A stretch of 64,000 nt of DNA from a virus (Duplodnaviria > Heunggongvirae > Uroviricota > Caudoviricetes). This document shows, piece after piece, positions 18,976 through 28,114 of the stretch. A model generated the notes under the pieces. The model was not told the origin of the DNA and did not search any database. It saw nothing but the letters and a program-made list of their open reading frames with translations. Both the position numbers and the translations under genes were made by a program. The stretch spans positions 54,443 to 118,442 of the IMG/VR virus record IMGVR_UViG_3300013005_000022. The stretch is one strand, 5' to 3'. Position 1 is the stretch's first letter. Every line of letters starts with the position of its first letter.

Positions 18976-19530
18976 ATGCCAGGATTACCACATTTTCTAA
19001 ACAGTAAAGCGGCTACTAAATACTACGAACCGTTTTATCAAAACTTGTTTGAGGTAAACATTCTTCCACCATCATCTATTTCTGGTGGAGAAATCTTGAT
19101 TGAGCATGTAAACAAAATTGCAGGTTTAACACAAGATAGAGGTTCAGAAGCAACCACTCAACAATACAAGTTCGCTAAAAGATCTTATGCAATGGGAGTT
19201 CCTACTGATACTGTTACTGATTTAACAGTTAGTTTCTCTCTTAACTTAAATGACGCAAACGAACTTTACGTATACAAAACTTTACGCGATTGGTTCCGTT
19301 TAATCTATAACCCACTTACCGGTGAACAAGGTTTAAAGAAAGATTATGTAGGTACACTCGTTGTTACAAACTACAATCGTGCCGGAGATATTTTCTGGCA
19401 ACGTACTTTCCATGACTGTTTCCCTACAGGAGATATCGGAGAACTAGCTTCTGATTACTCAGGTGGTGAAAAAGTTGATATGCCAGACATTAAATTCCGT
19501 TCTGACTGGTGGGAAGAAAACATCGTTTAA
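18976..19530 (+). CDS. tail tube protein (T4 gp19-like)
   Basis: 184 aa; NLFEVNILP vs T4 gp19 NLFQVEISYL; C-terminus ends in W-rich ...SDWWEENIV (gp19 ...LDYWE); located after the sheath. Confidence 0.55.
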   Translation: MPGLPHFLNSKAATKYYEPFYQNLFEVNILPPSSISGGEILIEHVNKIAGLTQDRGSEATTQQYKFAKRSYAMGVPTDTVTDLTVSFSLNLNDANELYVYKTLRDWFRLIYNPLTGEQGLKKDYVGTLVVTNYNRAGDIFWQRTFHDCFPTGDIGELASDYSGGEKVDMPDIKFRSDWWEENIV

Positions 19531-19544
19531 TCTCAATCTACTAA

Positions 19545-19570
19545 AACATTTTAAAGAGAACTCGAAAGGG
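19545..19570 (+). terminator. intrinsic terminator
   Basis: AGAGAAC-TCGAAAGG-GTTCTCT followed by TTTTG. Confidence 0.6.
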
Positions 19571-19627
19571 TTCTCTTTTGTTGTATAATCATATAAGTAA
19601 GAGATAAATATAAAAACAAAAGAACTT

Positions 19628-20038
19628 GTGGAGAACCACATACCTACATTCGAATCATTTTTAAACGAATCAAAAGCCGTTGATTCCGCAATGGATAAAA
19701 TAGAAGTTTTGCCTAAAGGATCTACATTCGAAGATGCAAAACGAATAGATGGTATATTCGATAGAAGCAAACATACTTGGAGTGAAGTTATTGAAACTTT
19801 TGAAAAAAACCAAAAGGCGGCAAAACCTAAAATGGTAAATGTAAAAGATATTCAAATAACTCAACCAAATATTCAAAGTAATAAAGTAAAGGCAATGATT
19901 GAAAAATACAACAAATTGCCTTTAATTAATGTAGTTCAATTTCCTGATGGATTGGCAATATATGATGGACATCATCGTCTATTAACTGCTTGGTCCATGG
20001 GAGAAACTAAAATCAAAGTTAATCTCGTAAAAATATAA
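19628..20038 (+). CDS. HIPTFE-FLNE family protein 1 with ParB-like nuclease domain
   Basis: GTG start; N-terminus ENHIPTFESFLNESK; C-terminal FPDGLAIYDGHHRLLTAW matches the ParB/Srx DGHHR motif. Confidence 0.6.
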   Translation: MENHIPTFESFLNESKAVDSAMDKIEVLPKGSTFEDAKRIDGIFDRSKHTWSEVIETFEKNQKAAKPKMVNVKDIQITQPNIQSNKVKAMIEKYNKLPLINVVQFPDGLAIYDGHHRLLTAWSMGETKIKVNLVKI

Positions 20039-20044
20039 AACATA

Positions 20045-20263
20045 ATGGGACACATACCAACATTTAACGAATTTTTAAACGAATCCAAAAAGCACAAATT
20101 AAGTGTAGGTGATTGGGTTGAATTTGATAACGATAAAGCTAGAGTAGAAAAGGTTTACTTTGCTCGTAACGGTAATGCCATGTATACTATCGGTAGTTCT
20201 AAACACGGAAATATTGATGTTGAAGCTGAAGATCTAGACGAAAACAAAACAAAAACCGCATAA
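20045..20263 (+). CDS. HIPTFE-FLNE family protein 2
   Basis: N-terminus MGHIPTFNEFLNESK; C-terminus unrelated. Confidence 0.55.
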   Translation: MGHIPTFNEFLNESKKHKLSVGDWVEFDNDKARVEKVYFARNGNAMYTIGSSKHGNIDVEAEDLDENKTKTA

Positions 20264-20739
20264 TGAACAATCACATACCTACATTTGATACATTTCTTAA
20301 TGAAGAAAGAGTATATGGAATGTTCAATGACTCTCAAGGAAAACCATCTAAAATATCACAAGAAATTCTAGATATTTGTTTAAAAGCATTTCCCAAAACT
20401 ATCATTGATAATATTGAATCAGTAGAAGCTGCTGGTTATGGAAAAACCAACATGGTTTCGCCTCCTACTATTTCTAATAAAGGTCAATCACGAGGTTATA
20501 ACGATTACACATCAATTACATTAATCTTTCAAAAACCAATGGGTAGAATGAAAGTTACCGAAATGTCAGTTGGTATTCGTAAAAGAACTTCTGGTCCTGG
20601 AACCGGATATATCGCAATTGATATGACTGCTAGTGGTCATATGATTCCTGGAGCTGAATGTGCAGTTGAATTCTGGTCAGATGATCCAGTTCATTTTTTA
20701 GATAAATTATACAATGAAAAAATCAAAGCATTTTTATAA
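20263..20739 (+). CDS. HIPTFE-FLNE family protein 3
   Basis: N-terminus MNNHIPTFDTFLNEER; C-terminus unrelated. Confidence 0.55.
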   Translation: MNNHIPTFDTFLNEERVYGMFNDSQGKPSKISQEILDICLKAFPKTIIDNIESVEAAGYGKTNMVSPPTISNKGQSRGYNDYTSITLIFQKPMGRMKVTEMSVGIRKRTSGPGTGYIAIDMTASGHMIPGAECAVEFWSDDPVHFLDKLYNEKIKAFL

Positions 20740-20996
20740 TGAAACATATACCTACATTCGAAGACTTCTTAAATGAAGGATTTATTAAACCTTATGGTGA
20801 GAAAATGAAAGTTGAAGACTTTGCTAAAATCGAGGTAGGGAGTGAAATTCTTTATGCTGGTGCACCTTATGAAGTTGTTAAAAACGATGGAGTTACTCTA
20901 CATTTGAAACCTTCTAAGAATTCTTATGGAATCACCGGAAAAGCTCATAAAGTTAATTTCTCTATGTTCAATACCGCTGGAGCAATCCGTGATTAG
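20739..20996 (+). CDS. HIPTFE-FLNE family protein 4
   Basis: N-terminus MKHIPTFEDFLNEG; C-terminus unrelated. Confidence 0.55.
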   Translation: MKHIPTFEDFLNEGFIKPYGEKMKVEDFAKIEVGSEILYAGAPYEVVKNDGVTLHLKPSKNSYGITGKAHKVNFSMFNTAGAIRD

Positions 20997-21082
20997 ATGA
21001 ATCTTCATAAATTTCAAATCATATAATTAATACTATAAGTCTAAGGACATGATCCGCTTGTAGTAAAAAATATCTACATGTT

Positions 21083-22444
21083 TTGAAATTAAGACAAGGG
21101 TTATTATTCCTAAAATCTCTACACACCAGATCTAAATCCGATGAAGAAGTTCTTCAATGGATTGAATCTAGACGATCATTAGTTAAGCATACAATTCAAC
21201 AAATTGATCTTAATAAACTAAATGGTTGGAAATTCTACGATCATAAAATTGAACATACTTCTGGTAAATTCTATCAAATTCATATTAGACGTAATGAGTT
21301 AGATGGAAGAGGATGGGATCAACCTATAATCAATCAACCTGAAATAGGTATTCTGGGATTTATTACCAAACAAATCAATGGGGTACTTCATTTTCTAGTT
21401 CAAGCTAAAATTGAACCAGGAAATATCAATATAGTTCAGCTATCACCTACTGTACAATCCACTAAAAGTAATTTTACAAAAGTTCATGGTGGAGCACTTA
21501 CACCATTTGTAGAATACTTCTTAAAAGGCGAATCGAGAATCCTAGTGGATCAGCTACAATCCGAACAAGCTAGTAGATTTTTTCAAAAACGTAATCGTAA
21601 TATCATCATCGAAGTTGAAGATGAGTTATCACATGAAAATTATTTATGGATGACCCTTGGAGATCTTGTTGCATTAACTAGATATCCTAATACAGTGAAC
21701 ATGGATAGTCGAACCGTTTTAAGTTGTATTCACTTTGGTTCATATTCATTTGAACATTTAGAGCTAAGAGATTTTCTTGGTGGAATTCAACATGATTCCT
21801 CTTGGATAGATTCTCTACTTCGTAAAGACGTATATCAGAAATCATATCCAGAAATTCTATCTTTAATCACCGATCTTAAGTTTAGAAGAGAGGCTTCAAC
21901 CAAGCTAATTTATCTTTCGGAAACACATGATTGGAATTTAATAGATGGTAAGATAGTACACAAAGATGAGAAGTATTTCGACGTAGTGGGTTATCGTATA
22001 TTCATTGAAAATCGTGAATCTTCTCAATGGGATCAACCTCTTATTCAACCTAAATCTACTGGAATATGTTGTTTCTTTGCTCGTAAATTTGATGGAGTAT
22101 TTCACTTATTAGTTCAACTAAAAGATGAAATTGGATCTTTTGATGGTGTTGAAATGGCACCAACAATTCAAATGTCTGAAGAAAATCTAGATCTATCTCC
22201 TTTCTTTGAGCAATACAGCTCTTTAATAAATACTGATTCTGTTTTATTTGATGTTATGCAATCCGAAGAAGGTGGAAGATTTTATCAAGAACAAAATAGA
22301 AATATTGTCATAGAAGTTAATGAAGATTTAGAACTTCCAAGGAATTACATTTGGATGACTCTTAATCAACTAAAAACCTTCTTACAATATAACAATTACG
22401 TGAACATACAAACACGTTCAATAATGTCATCTTTACCTTTATGA
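21083..22444 (+). CDS. NDP-hexose 2,3-dehydratase (EvaA/TylX3-like)
   Basis: 453 aa with internal duplication typical of this family: QPEIGILGFITK...GVLHFLVQAKIEPGN and QPKSTGICCFFARKFDGVFHLLVQLKDEIG, each followed by ...RNRNI(I/V)IEV. Confidence 0.75.
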   Translation: MKLRQGLLFLKSLHTRSKSDEEVLQWIESRRSLVKHTIQQIDLNKLNGWKFYDHKIEHTSGKFYQIHIRRNELDGRGWDQPIINQPEIGILGFITKQINGVLHFLVQAKIEPGNINIVQLSPTVQSTKSNFTKVHGGALTPFVEYFLKGESRILVDQLQSEQASRFFQKRNRNIIIEVEDELSHENYLWMTLGDLVALTRYPNTVNMDSRTVLSCIHFGSYSFEHLELRDFLGGIQHDSSWIDSLLRKDVYQKSYPEILSLITDLKFRREASTKLIYLSETHDWNLIDGKIVHKDEKYFDVVGYRIFIENRESSQWDQPLIQPKSTGICCFFARKFDGVFHLLVQLKDEIGSFDGVEMAPTIQMSEENLDLSPFFEQYSSLINTDSVLFDVMQSEEGGRFYQEQNRNIVIEVNEDLELPRNYIWMTLNQLKTFLQYNNYVNIQTRSIMSSLPL

Positions 22445-23397
22445 AAGTAGCTATACTAAATTGCTCAGATATTGGAAAACGCAGAATGATTCCTGCATTT
22501 CAGGCAATCCCAGGTATTGAAGTAGTTATTGTTTGTAGTAGAGATATTCATAAAGCTCAAAGATATGCAGAGGAATTTGGAATTCCAAAATGGACAGACA
22601 ATCCGGATGATATTATTGGAGTTGATCTAGTTTATATCTCATCGCCTCCATCTGAACATTTTGATTCTATTAAAACATTTTTACGAAGAAAAATTAATGT
22701 TCTTTGTGAAAAATCCCTAACAATAGATGCCTATCAAACAACATATCTAATTAATTTAGCAGATAAAAACGGAGTTATACTTCAAGAAAATTATGGATTC
22801 CCTTTTCATACTCAATGGAACTGGATAAATGAAAATCTTAATCGAATAGGTGAGATCTTATACATTAGAAGTGGATTTGAATTTCCTCCAAGAGACACAA
22901 AAACAGATTTTCGTTATAAGGCTGCTCTTGGTGGTGGTGCTCTTTTTGATGCCGGTGGATACCCCATCAAGTTAGCTTCTTTGCTAATGGGAACACCACA
23001 AAGGCTAGATGCGGTTACTCATCTATCAAAATCTCTAGATATCGATCTTTCAGGAAGAACATTTATCATCGATGATATGGGAATATCTGCATTTTTAACC
23101 TGGAGTTTTGAATCAACTTATCGTTGTGACGTGGAAATCGTTGGAACTCGAGGAACTATTAAAGCGGATAAAATATTTACTCCTAGAGTAGATGAATCTG
23201 TTAAAGTAAGCCTTTCTCTTATTGAAGGAAATGTTAACGAATCACATGAATTTGTTTGCGATCATTTCGTGGAACTTATTCGAGATCTTAAAATCAAGAT
23301 AGAGAATAAAGATAATTCTCATCATAAAAGTATATTAAAACAATCAAATTGGCAAACATATGTATCGTCTACTAGTATCAGAACCTTCACTAACTAA
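22441..23397 (+). CDS. Gfo/Idh/MocA-family NAD(P)-dependent oxidoreductase (sugar ketoreductase candidate)
   Basis: N-terminal Rossmann MKVAILNCSDIGKRRMIPAF...VVIVCSRD; EKSLT (EKP-like) motif; family size. Confidence 0.6.
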   Translation: MKVAILNCSDIGKRRMIPAFQAIPGIEVVIVCSRDIHKAQRYAEEFGIPKWTDNPDDIIGVDLVYISSPPSEHFDSIKTFLRRKINVLCEKSLTIDAYQTTYLINLADKNGVILQENYGFPFHTQWNWINENLNRIGEILYIRSGFEFPPRDTKTDFRYKAALGGGALFDAGGYPIKLASLLMGTPQRLDAVTHLSKSLDIDLSGRTFIIDDMGISAFLTWSFESTYRCDVEIVGTRGTIKADKIFTPRVDESVKVSLSLIEGNVNESHEFVCDHFVELIRDLKIKIENKDNSHHKSILKQSNWQTYVSSTSIRTFTN

Positions 23398-24442
23398 CTT
23401 TGAGGAATTTGCAAATCTTGCAAAAGAAGTTTGGGAAAGTGGAATCCTAACACATAACGGACCTAAAGTCAAAGAACTTGAACAAAGGTTAAAAGAACAA
23501 TGGCAGATTCCTCATCTATCATTAGTTACAAACGGAACTATTGCACTCGAAGTTGCAATGAGAGCTTTAGAACTTCCTAAAGGAAGTGAAATTATTACAA
23601 CTCCATTTACCTGGATTGCAACGGCATCGGCTATTCAATGGCAAGATTATGAACCTATTTTTGTTGATATTGATCCTTATACACTTAATATCGATCCATC
23701 TAAAATTGAAGAAAAAATCACAGAAAGAACATCTGCTATTTTAGCAGTTCATGTATTTTCAAATCCATGTGATGTGGTTTCTATTCAAGAAATTGCAGAT
23801 AAACATGCATTAAAAGTTATTTACGATGGTGCTCATGCCGTTGGTGTAAAATTCAGAGGTGTAGATCTTTCTCAATTCGGAGATATTACAACTCATTCAT
23901 ATCATGCAACAAAAATTTACAATACTGGTGAAGGTGGATCTATCATTACCAGAAATCCTGAGCTAGCTAAACGTATAGAAAGACTTCGTTTCTTTGGTCA
24001 TAACGAAACGAAAGATATTGTACATGAAGGAACTAATGCTAAAATGCATGAGATATCTGCAGCAATGGGATTAGCTAATTTGAAGATGTTACCTAAAACG
24101 ATTATACATCGACAGTTACTAACTCTTATGTATAAACATCGTATGGATGGTCTTCCGGTTCGTTTTCAAGAAATCAATAAAGACTCTTATAATTACTCAT
24201 ATTTCCCAATCATATTTGAATCAGAAGAACAATGTCTTAAAGTATATGCGGCATTAGAAGCAATTAAAATTATGCCTCGTCGTTACTTCTATCCATCGGT
24301 TAATGAATTCAAAATTTTTGATTCTCAACCATGTCCAGTTAGTGAAGATGTTTCAAAAAGAGTTCTTTGCCTACCATGTCATGATGGTGTAACTCTTATG
24401 GATATCGATGAAATTACCGCAACTATAATTAAAACCTTCTAA
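23360..24442 (+). CDS. DegT/DnrJ/EryC1/StrS-family PLP-dependent sugar aminotransferase
   Basis: Family signature around the PLP lysine: DITTHSYHATKIYNTGEGG; N-terminal GPKVKELEQRL. Confidence 0.8.
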   Translation: MYRLLVSEPSLTNFEEFANLAKEVWESGILTHNGPKVKELEQRLKEQWQIPHLSLVTNGTIALEVAMRALELPKGSEIITTPFTWIATASAIQWQDYEPIFVDIDPYTLNIDPSKIEEKITERTSAILAVHVFSNPCDVVSIQEIADKHALKVIYDGAHAVGVKFRGVDLSQFGDITTHSYHATKIYNTGEGGSIITRNPELAKRIERLRFFGHNETKDIVHEGTNAKMHEISAAMGLANLKMLPKTIIHRQLLTLMYKHRMDGLPVRFQEINKDSYNYSYFPIIFESEEQCLKVYAALEAIKIMPRRYFYPSVNEFKIFDSQPCPVSEDVSKRVLCLPCHDGVTLMDIDEITATIIKTF

Positions 24443-24443
24443 T

Positions 24444-25058
24444 ATGCACATAGTTATAGGAGCTAATGGATTAGCTAAACAAGTACTTCCTTTGTATAAT
24501 AGAAATCCTCGAGTTATCTTCTTTGATGATACTGATGAAGCAGAAGAGAACCTATATGAGCATAAAATCATTCACGAACTTCAACCAATAAAGGACTATA
24601 TTTCAGAAGGTGGTGATGTAATTTTCTCAATTTGTATTGGAAATCCTAAATGGCGAGAGTACTTCTTTAATCATCTAGTTAACTTAGGCGCCACACCAAT
24701 TAATATCTTATCGGAATTATCTTCCATTCAAGAGAGATCCGAGATTGACACAGGGAACATCTTATTAGACTATACCTTGGTGGAAACTGATGCAAAAATT
24801 GGAATAGGCAATCTTATAAATTGTTATGCAGGTTTATTCCATGATTCAGAAATTGGAGACTTTAATGAGATCATGCCAGGAGCTAAAATTCTAGGCGGTG
24901 CCAAAATTGGAAACTTTTGTAGAATAGGAACTAATGCAACAATTCTTCCAAAAATCCAAATTTGCTCTGGTGTTATTATTGGAGCCGGAGCCGTGGTAAC
25001 CAAAAATATTACCGAGCCAGGAACTTATATTGGAATTCCTGCAAGGAAACAAGGATAA
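24444..25058 (+). CDS. NeuD/PglD-family hexapeptide-repeat sugar N-acetyltransferase
   Basis: N-terminal MHIVIGANGLAKQV Rossmann-like; C-terminal left-handed beta-helix hexapeptide repeats (IGNFCRIGTNATI.. IGAGAVV). Confidence 0.7.
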   Translation: MHIVIGANGLAKQVLPLYNRNPRVIFFDDTDEAEENLYEHKIIHELQPIKDYISEGGDVIFSICIGNPKWREYFFNHLVNLGATPINILSELSSIQERSEIDTGNILLDYTLVETDAKIGIGNLINCYAGLFHDSEIGDFNEIMPGAKILGGAKIGNFCRIGTNATILPKIQICSGVIIGAGAVVTKNITEPGTYIGIPARKQG

Positions 25059-25080
25059 ATAACAAAATACAACAATATTA

Positions 25081-25962
25081 ATGGAATTTTTAAAGTATAA
25101 AAACTTCGTTCTTAATGAGCAAACTAAATGGGTTAATTTAGAAACCGTTAACGAAGCTGCACTTACTGCTACTCCAGATAAAGGTGTTAAGTTTGGTATC
25201 TGTATCACTACTTACAAAATTGATTCTGGTGGTAGACAAAATCACATGTCCACCGAAAAAGTTCTGAGAGAATGTTTAGAGTCAGTTAAAGCACAGAGTT
25301 GGCCAGAATGGAAAGTCTACATCATGGGTGATGCATATCCACAAGAAGAATGGCCGGAAATTGAAAAACTTGCTGCATCTATCGTTCCAAAAGATAAACT
25401 TTGGATGGATAATTTAAAAACGCCGGGAGAAAGAGACAAATATGATGGATCTATCCCGCATCTGACTGGAGGAAACACAGCGGCAAACGCTACCATCGCT
25501 CAAATGAAAAAAGATGGTATTAAATATTTTGCACGTCTTGACCATGATGATGCCTGGAAAACTGACCATTTAAAAACTCATGCTACCGCATATACACAAT
25601 ACCCAGAAGTTGTTTATAGTTTAACACAAGCCCGTAAGAAAAGAGTTAAAGGCGATACCGGTTCATACATGTATTTCCCGGACAAAGGAACTTATGAGAA
25701 TGCGGAGAATAACTACACTTTAGGTCTTGGTGGACAATGTCATTCTGCAATGACTTGGAAAATGGAACCTTTAAAATATATCAAGTATCGTACTTGGGAT
25801 CAGCAAAAAGCTACGCAACCACGTAGAAAAGAATGCTTTCCTGGCGATTGGGATAACACCGAAAGAATTAAAAGAATCGTAGAAGATGATAGTAACAAGC
25901 ACTCGATGATTTACATTCCAAAGTTAACTGTAAAATATCGAAATTCAGAAGGAAAATTCTAA
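25081..25962 (+). CDS. GT-A fold glycosyltransferase (family 2-like)
   Basis: KFGICITTYKIDSGGR...LESVKAQSWPEWKVYIMGD and DxDD-type motif ARLDHDDAW. Confidence 0.5.
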   Translation: MEFLKYKNFVLNEQTKWVNLETVNEAALTATPDKGVKFGICITTYKIDSGGRQNHMSTEKVLRECLESVKAQSWPEWKVYIMGDAYPQEEWPEIEKLAASIVPKDKLWMDNLKTPGERDKYDGSIPHLTGGNTAANATIAQMKKDGIKYFARLDHDDAWKTDHLKTHATAYTQYPEVVYSLTQARKKRVKGDTGSYMYFPDKGTYENAENNYTLGLGGQCHSAMTWKMEPLKYIKYRTWDQQKATQPRRKECFPGDWDNTERIKRIVEDDSNKHSMIYIPKLTVKYRNSEGKF

Positions 25963-25963
25963 C

Positions 25964-26539
25964 ATGAAAAAACTACTATTCTTATTAATCTTATGTCTTC
26001 CATTTTTTGGATATTCGCAAGATACATTAGTAAAACGACCAATCTATACTGTAAAGTATTCCCAATCTCTACAACAACCTCTTTGGTTAGAGTATTCAGT
26101 CAAGCACCGTGATTGTGGAGCAAAACGAGATGGAATGGATTTTTATACCGAAAAAGGAATTACAACAAGCGACAATGCTGATTATGCTGAGAACGTATAC
26201 GATAAAGGTCATATGGCTCCTGCAGCAGATTTCTGTGTTAATCGCGAAACTCTATTACTAACATTCTCATATTTGAATTGCGCTCTACAACACTACAAAT
26301 TAAATAGAGGAGTTTGGAAACAACTCGAAGCAAACGAACGTGAGTGGTCTAAAACTGATTCATTAATTATTCGAATCGATGTTATATTTGAAAAGGGTGC
26401 CACTAAATTACCTAGTGGAGCAACGATCCCTACTGCTTTTAGAAAGACCATCACATTCTATAACGCTAAAAAGAAGGTTGTTTACTACTTCAAAAATGAA
26501 CCTCCTACAAAACCACTAGATGCTTATCTAGTTAAATAA
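25964..26539 (+). CDS. secreted DNA/RNA non-specific endonuclease (Serratia/EndoG family)
   Basis: Signal peptide MKKLLFLLILCLPFFGYSQ; active-site-like YDKGHMAPAADF (DRGHxAP motif). Confidence 0.6.
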   Translation: MKKLLFLLILCLPFFGYSQDTLVKRPIYTVKYSQSLQQPLWLEYSVKHRDCGAKRDGMDFYTEKGITTSDNADYAENVYDKGHMAPAADFCVNRETLLLTFSYLNCALQHYKLNRGVWKQLEANEREWSKTDSLIIRIDVIFEKGATKLPSGATIPTAFRKTITFYNAKKKVVYYFKNEPPTKPLDAYLVK

Positions 26540-26546
26540 CATAAAA

Positions 26547-26634
26547 TTGTTAATAACTTTCAGACCCGAGATTTTTTAATCTCGGGTTTTTGTTTTATAT
26601 TTGTAATATCAAATTAAATATAAAACACATATAC
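26547..26634 (+). promoter_or_regulatory. conserved promoter cassette with embedded terminator hairpin, copy 3 of 8
   Basis: TTGTTAATAACTTT; hairpin GACCCGAGATTTTTTAATCTCGGGTTTTTG; TATATTTGTAATATCAAATTAAATA. Confidence 0.65.
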
Positions 26635-27027
26635 ATGCAAAAGATTAGTGCTCAAGTTGTTCTCATTAATGAGGAAGGAAAAATTCTCTGTGTTTCTAGA
26701 AAAGATAATCATTCTGATTTTGGTTTACCTGGTGGTAAAGCCGATCCTGAAGATAATGGTGATCCTATTCTAACTGCAATACGAGAAACAAAGGAAGAAA
26801 CCGGTTTAGATGTACATGATCTAAAACTTATATTTGCAATTCACAAATATGGTTACATGAATTATACATTTGTAGCCAAGTATTCTGGTGAAATCAATTT
26901 TGACGAACCACACATTGTTAAATGGGCACCAATCAAATTAGCAACTGAAGGAACCTTCGGTGTATACAATCAATTAGTTGCCGAATCCTTAAGAGATTCA
27001 AATTACGAATTTATTAGACACTTTTAA
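26635..27027 (+). CDS. NUDIX hydrolase
   Basis: Nudix box GGKADPEDNGDPILTAIRETKEETGL (Gx5Ex7REUxEExGU); start moved to the ATG after the promoter core. Confidence 0.85.
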   Translation: MQKISAQVVLINEEGKILCVSRKDNHSDFGLPGGKADPEDNGDPILTAIRETKEETGLDVHDLKLIFAIHKYGYMNYTFVAKYSGEINFDEPHIVKWAPIKLATEGTFGVYNQLVAESLRDSNYEFIRHF

Positions 27028-27071
27028 TTTAATGTGTCGCTATCTAGAGACTTTATTCGATTAATGAAAAA

Positions 27072-27158
27072 ATGTTAATAACTTTTTTCAAAAAGATTTT
27101 TTTATTCCCAAAAGTTTTATTATATTTGTTATATCAAATTAATTAAAAATATCATATC
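27072..27158 (+). promoter_or_regulatory. conserved promoter cassette, copy 4 of 8
   Basis: TGTTAATAACTTT ... TATATTTGTTATATCAAATTAATTAAAAATA. Confidence 0.55.
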
Positions 27159-27578
27159 ATGAGCGATTACAAAAAATGGATGAATCAAAAACAATCAGAG
27201 GTAAGAATAACAATTTCTCCTTCTCCTCTTGAATATTCTGCAATCATGAAAGAGTATTCATTACTAACCGGATCAACCAATTATTACGATAATCCTGATC
27301 TTTATAATGAAATTAGCAATCGTATTCGAAAAGAAATTATCCTAGAAAATGTTTCTTTAAACGAAGCTCAAGCTTTCGCCGAACCTATCAGAATTGCATT
27401 TCCTGATCAAGGTGTTTCGCTTCATGCTGGTGAAAATTCCTTCATAGGTAATACATCTTGGAACGATCAATTAAAAATGTTCTTCGAATACCCAACATTT
27501 ACTGAAATTGGTAAAACCATAATGGAAAATCGTAAAGCCGAAGCAAACGCAATGGGAATTCAAGCATCTTGGGAATAA
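27159..27578 (+). CDS. hypothetical protein
   Basis: 139-aa ORF after a promoter cassette. Confidence 0.5.
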   Translation: MSDYKKWMNQKQSEVRITISPSPLEYSAIMKEYSLLTGSTNYYDNPDLYNEISNRIRKEIILENVSLNEAQAFAEPIRIAFPDQGVSLHAGENSFIGNTSWNDQLKMFFEYPTFTEIGKTIMENRKAEANAMGIQASWE

Positions 27579-27600
27579 TCTAATAACTAAAAAAATCTAT

Positions 27601-27843
27601 ATGAACGCATTCTACGATAATTTAAAAGGAGTTGAACGAGTAATGTATAAAACGGCATTTAACTTCCATATCAAATACCATGACGGTGCTACCGAAGATA
27701 CTGCACACGAAGCTGGAATAAAAGAACTAGAAAGATTGGGAAGAATTCGCAAAGAAGCGGATCAACCACAAACTTACGTAGATCTTTCAACCGGTCGTAA
27801 ATTCCGTTCAACCGAAGCAGATCTTATATCTAGTAACTCTTAA
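27601..27843 (+). CDS. hypothetical protein
   Basis: 80-aa ORF. Confidence 0.45.
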   Translation: MNAFYDNLKGVERVMYKTAFNFHIKYHDGATEDTAHEAGIKELERLGRIRKEADQPQTYVDLSTGRKFRSTEADLISSNS

Positions 27844-27862
27844 CATCATATAATTTATAACT

Positions 27863-28105
27863 ATGAAAAAAATACTCACATCAGTTTTAATTATTGCTTC
27901 TATCGCATCATCTTGTAAAGAACCAAAAAGTAAAACCGTGGTTAATCACGTTGTCAAATCTATTGATACTAGTTCACGATGGAATCCAACCATTCAGCAA
28001 ATGGAACCAATCTATACATATCATTACGAAGATGGTGATAGCGTAAAGACTACAAAAGATTTTAGAATCGGTGATACCGTCCCATACATATATTATAAAT
28101 ACTAA
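27863..28105 (+). CDS. small lipoprotein
   Basis: Lipoprotein signal MKKILTSVLIIASIASSC. Confidence 0.5.
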   Translation: MKKILTSVLIIASIASSCKEPKSKTVVNHVVKSIDTSSRWNPTIQQMEPIYTYHYEDGDSVKTTKDFRIGDTVPYIYYKY

Positions 28106-28114
28106 TCGTTTCGA

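Noticed and set aside
19571-19590. TTGTATAATCATAT after terminator 19545-19570 as a sigma-70 -10 box
   Set aside because: It contains TATAAT, but the host appears to be Bacteroidetes (TAnnTTTG-type promoters) and there is no matching upstream element; left unannotated.
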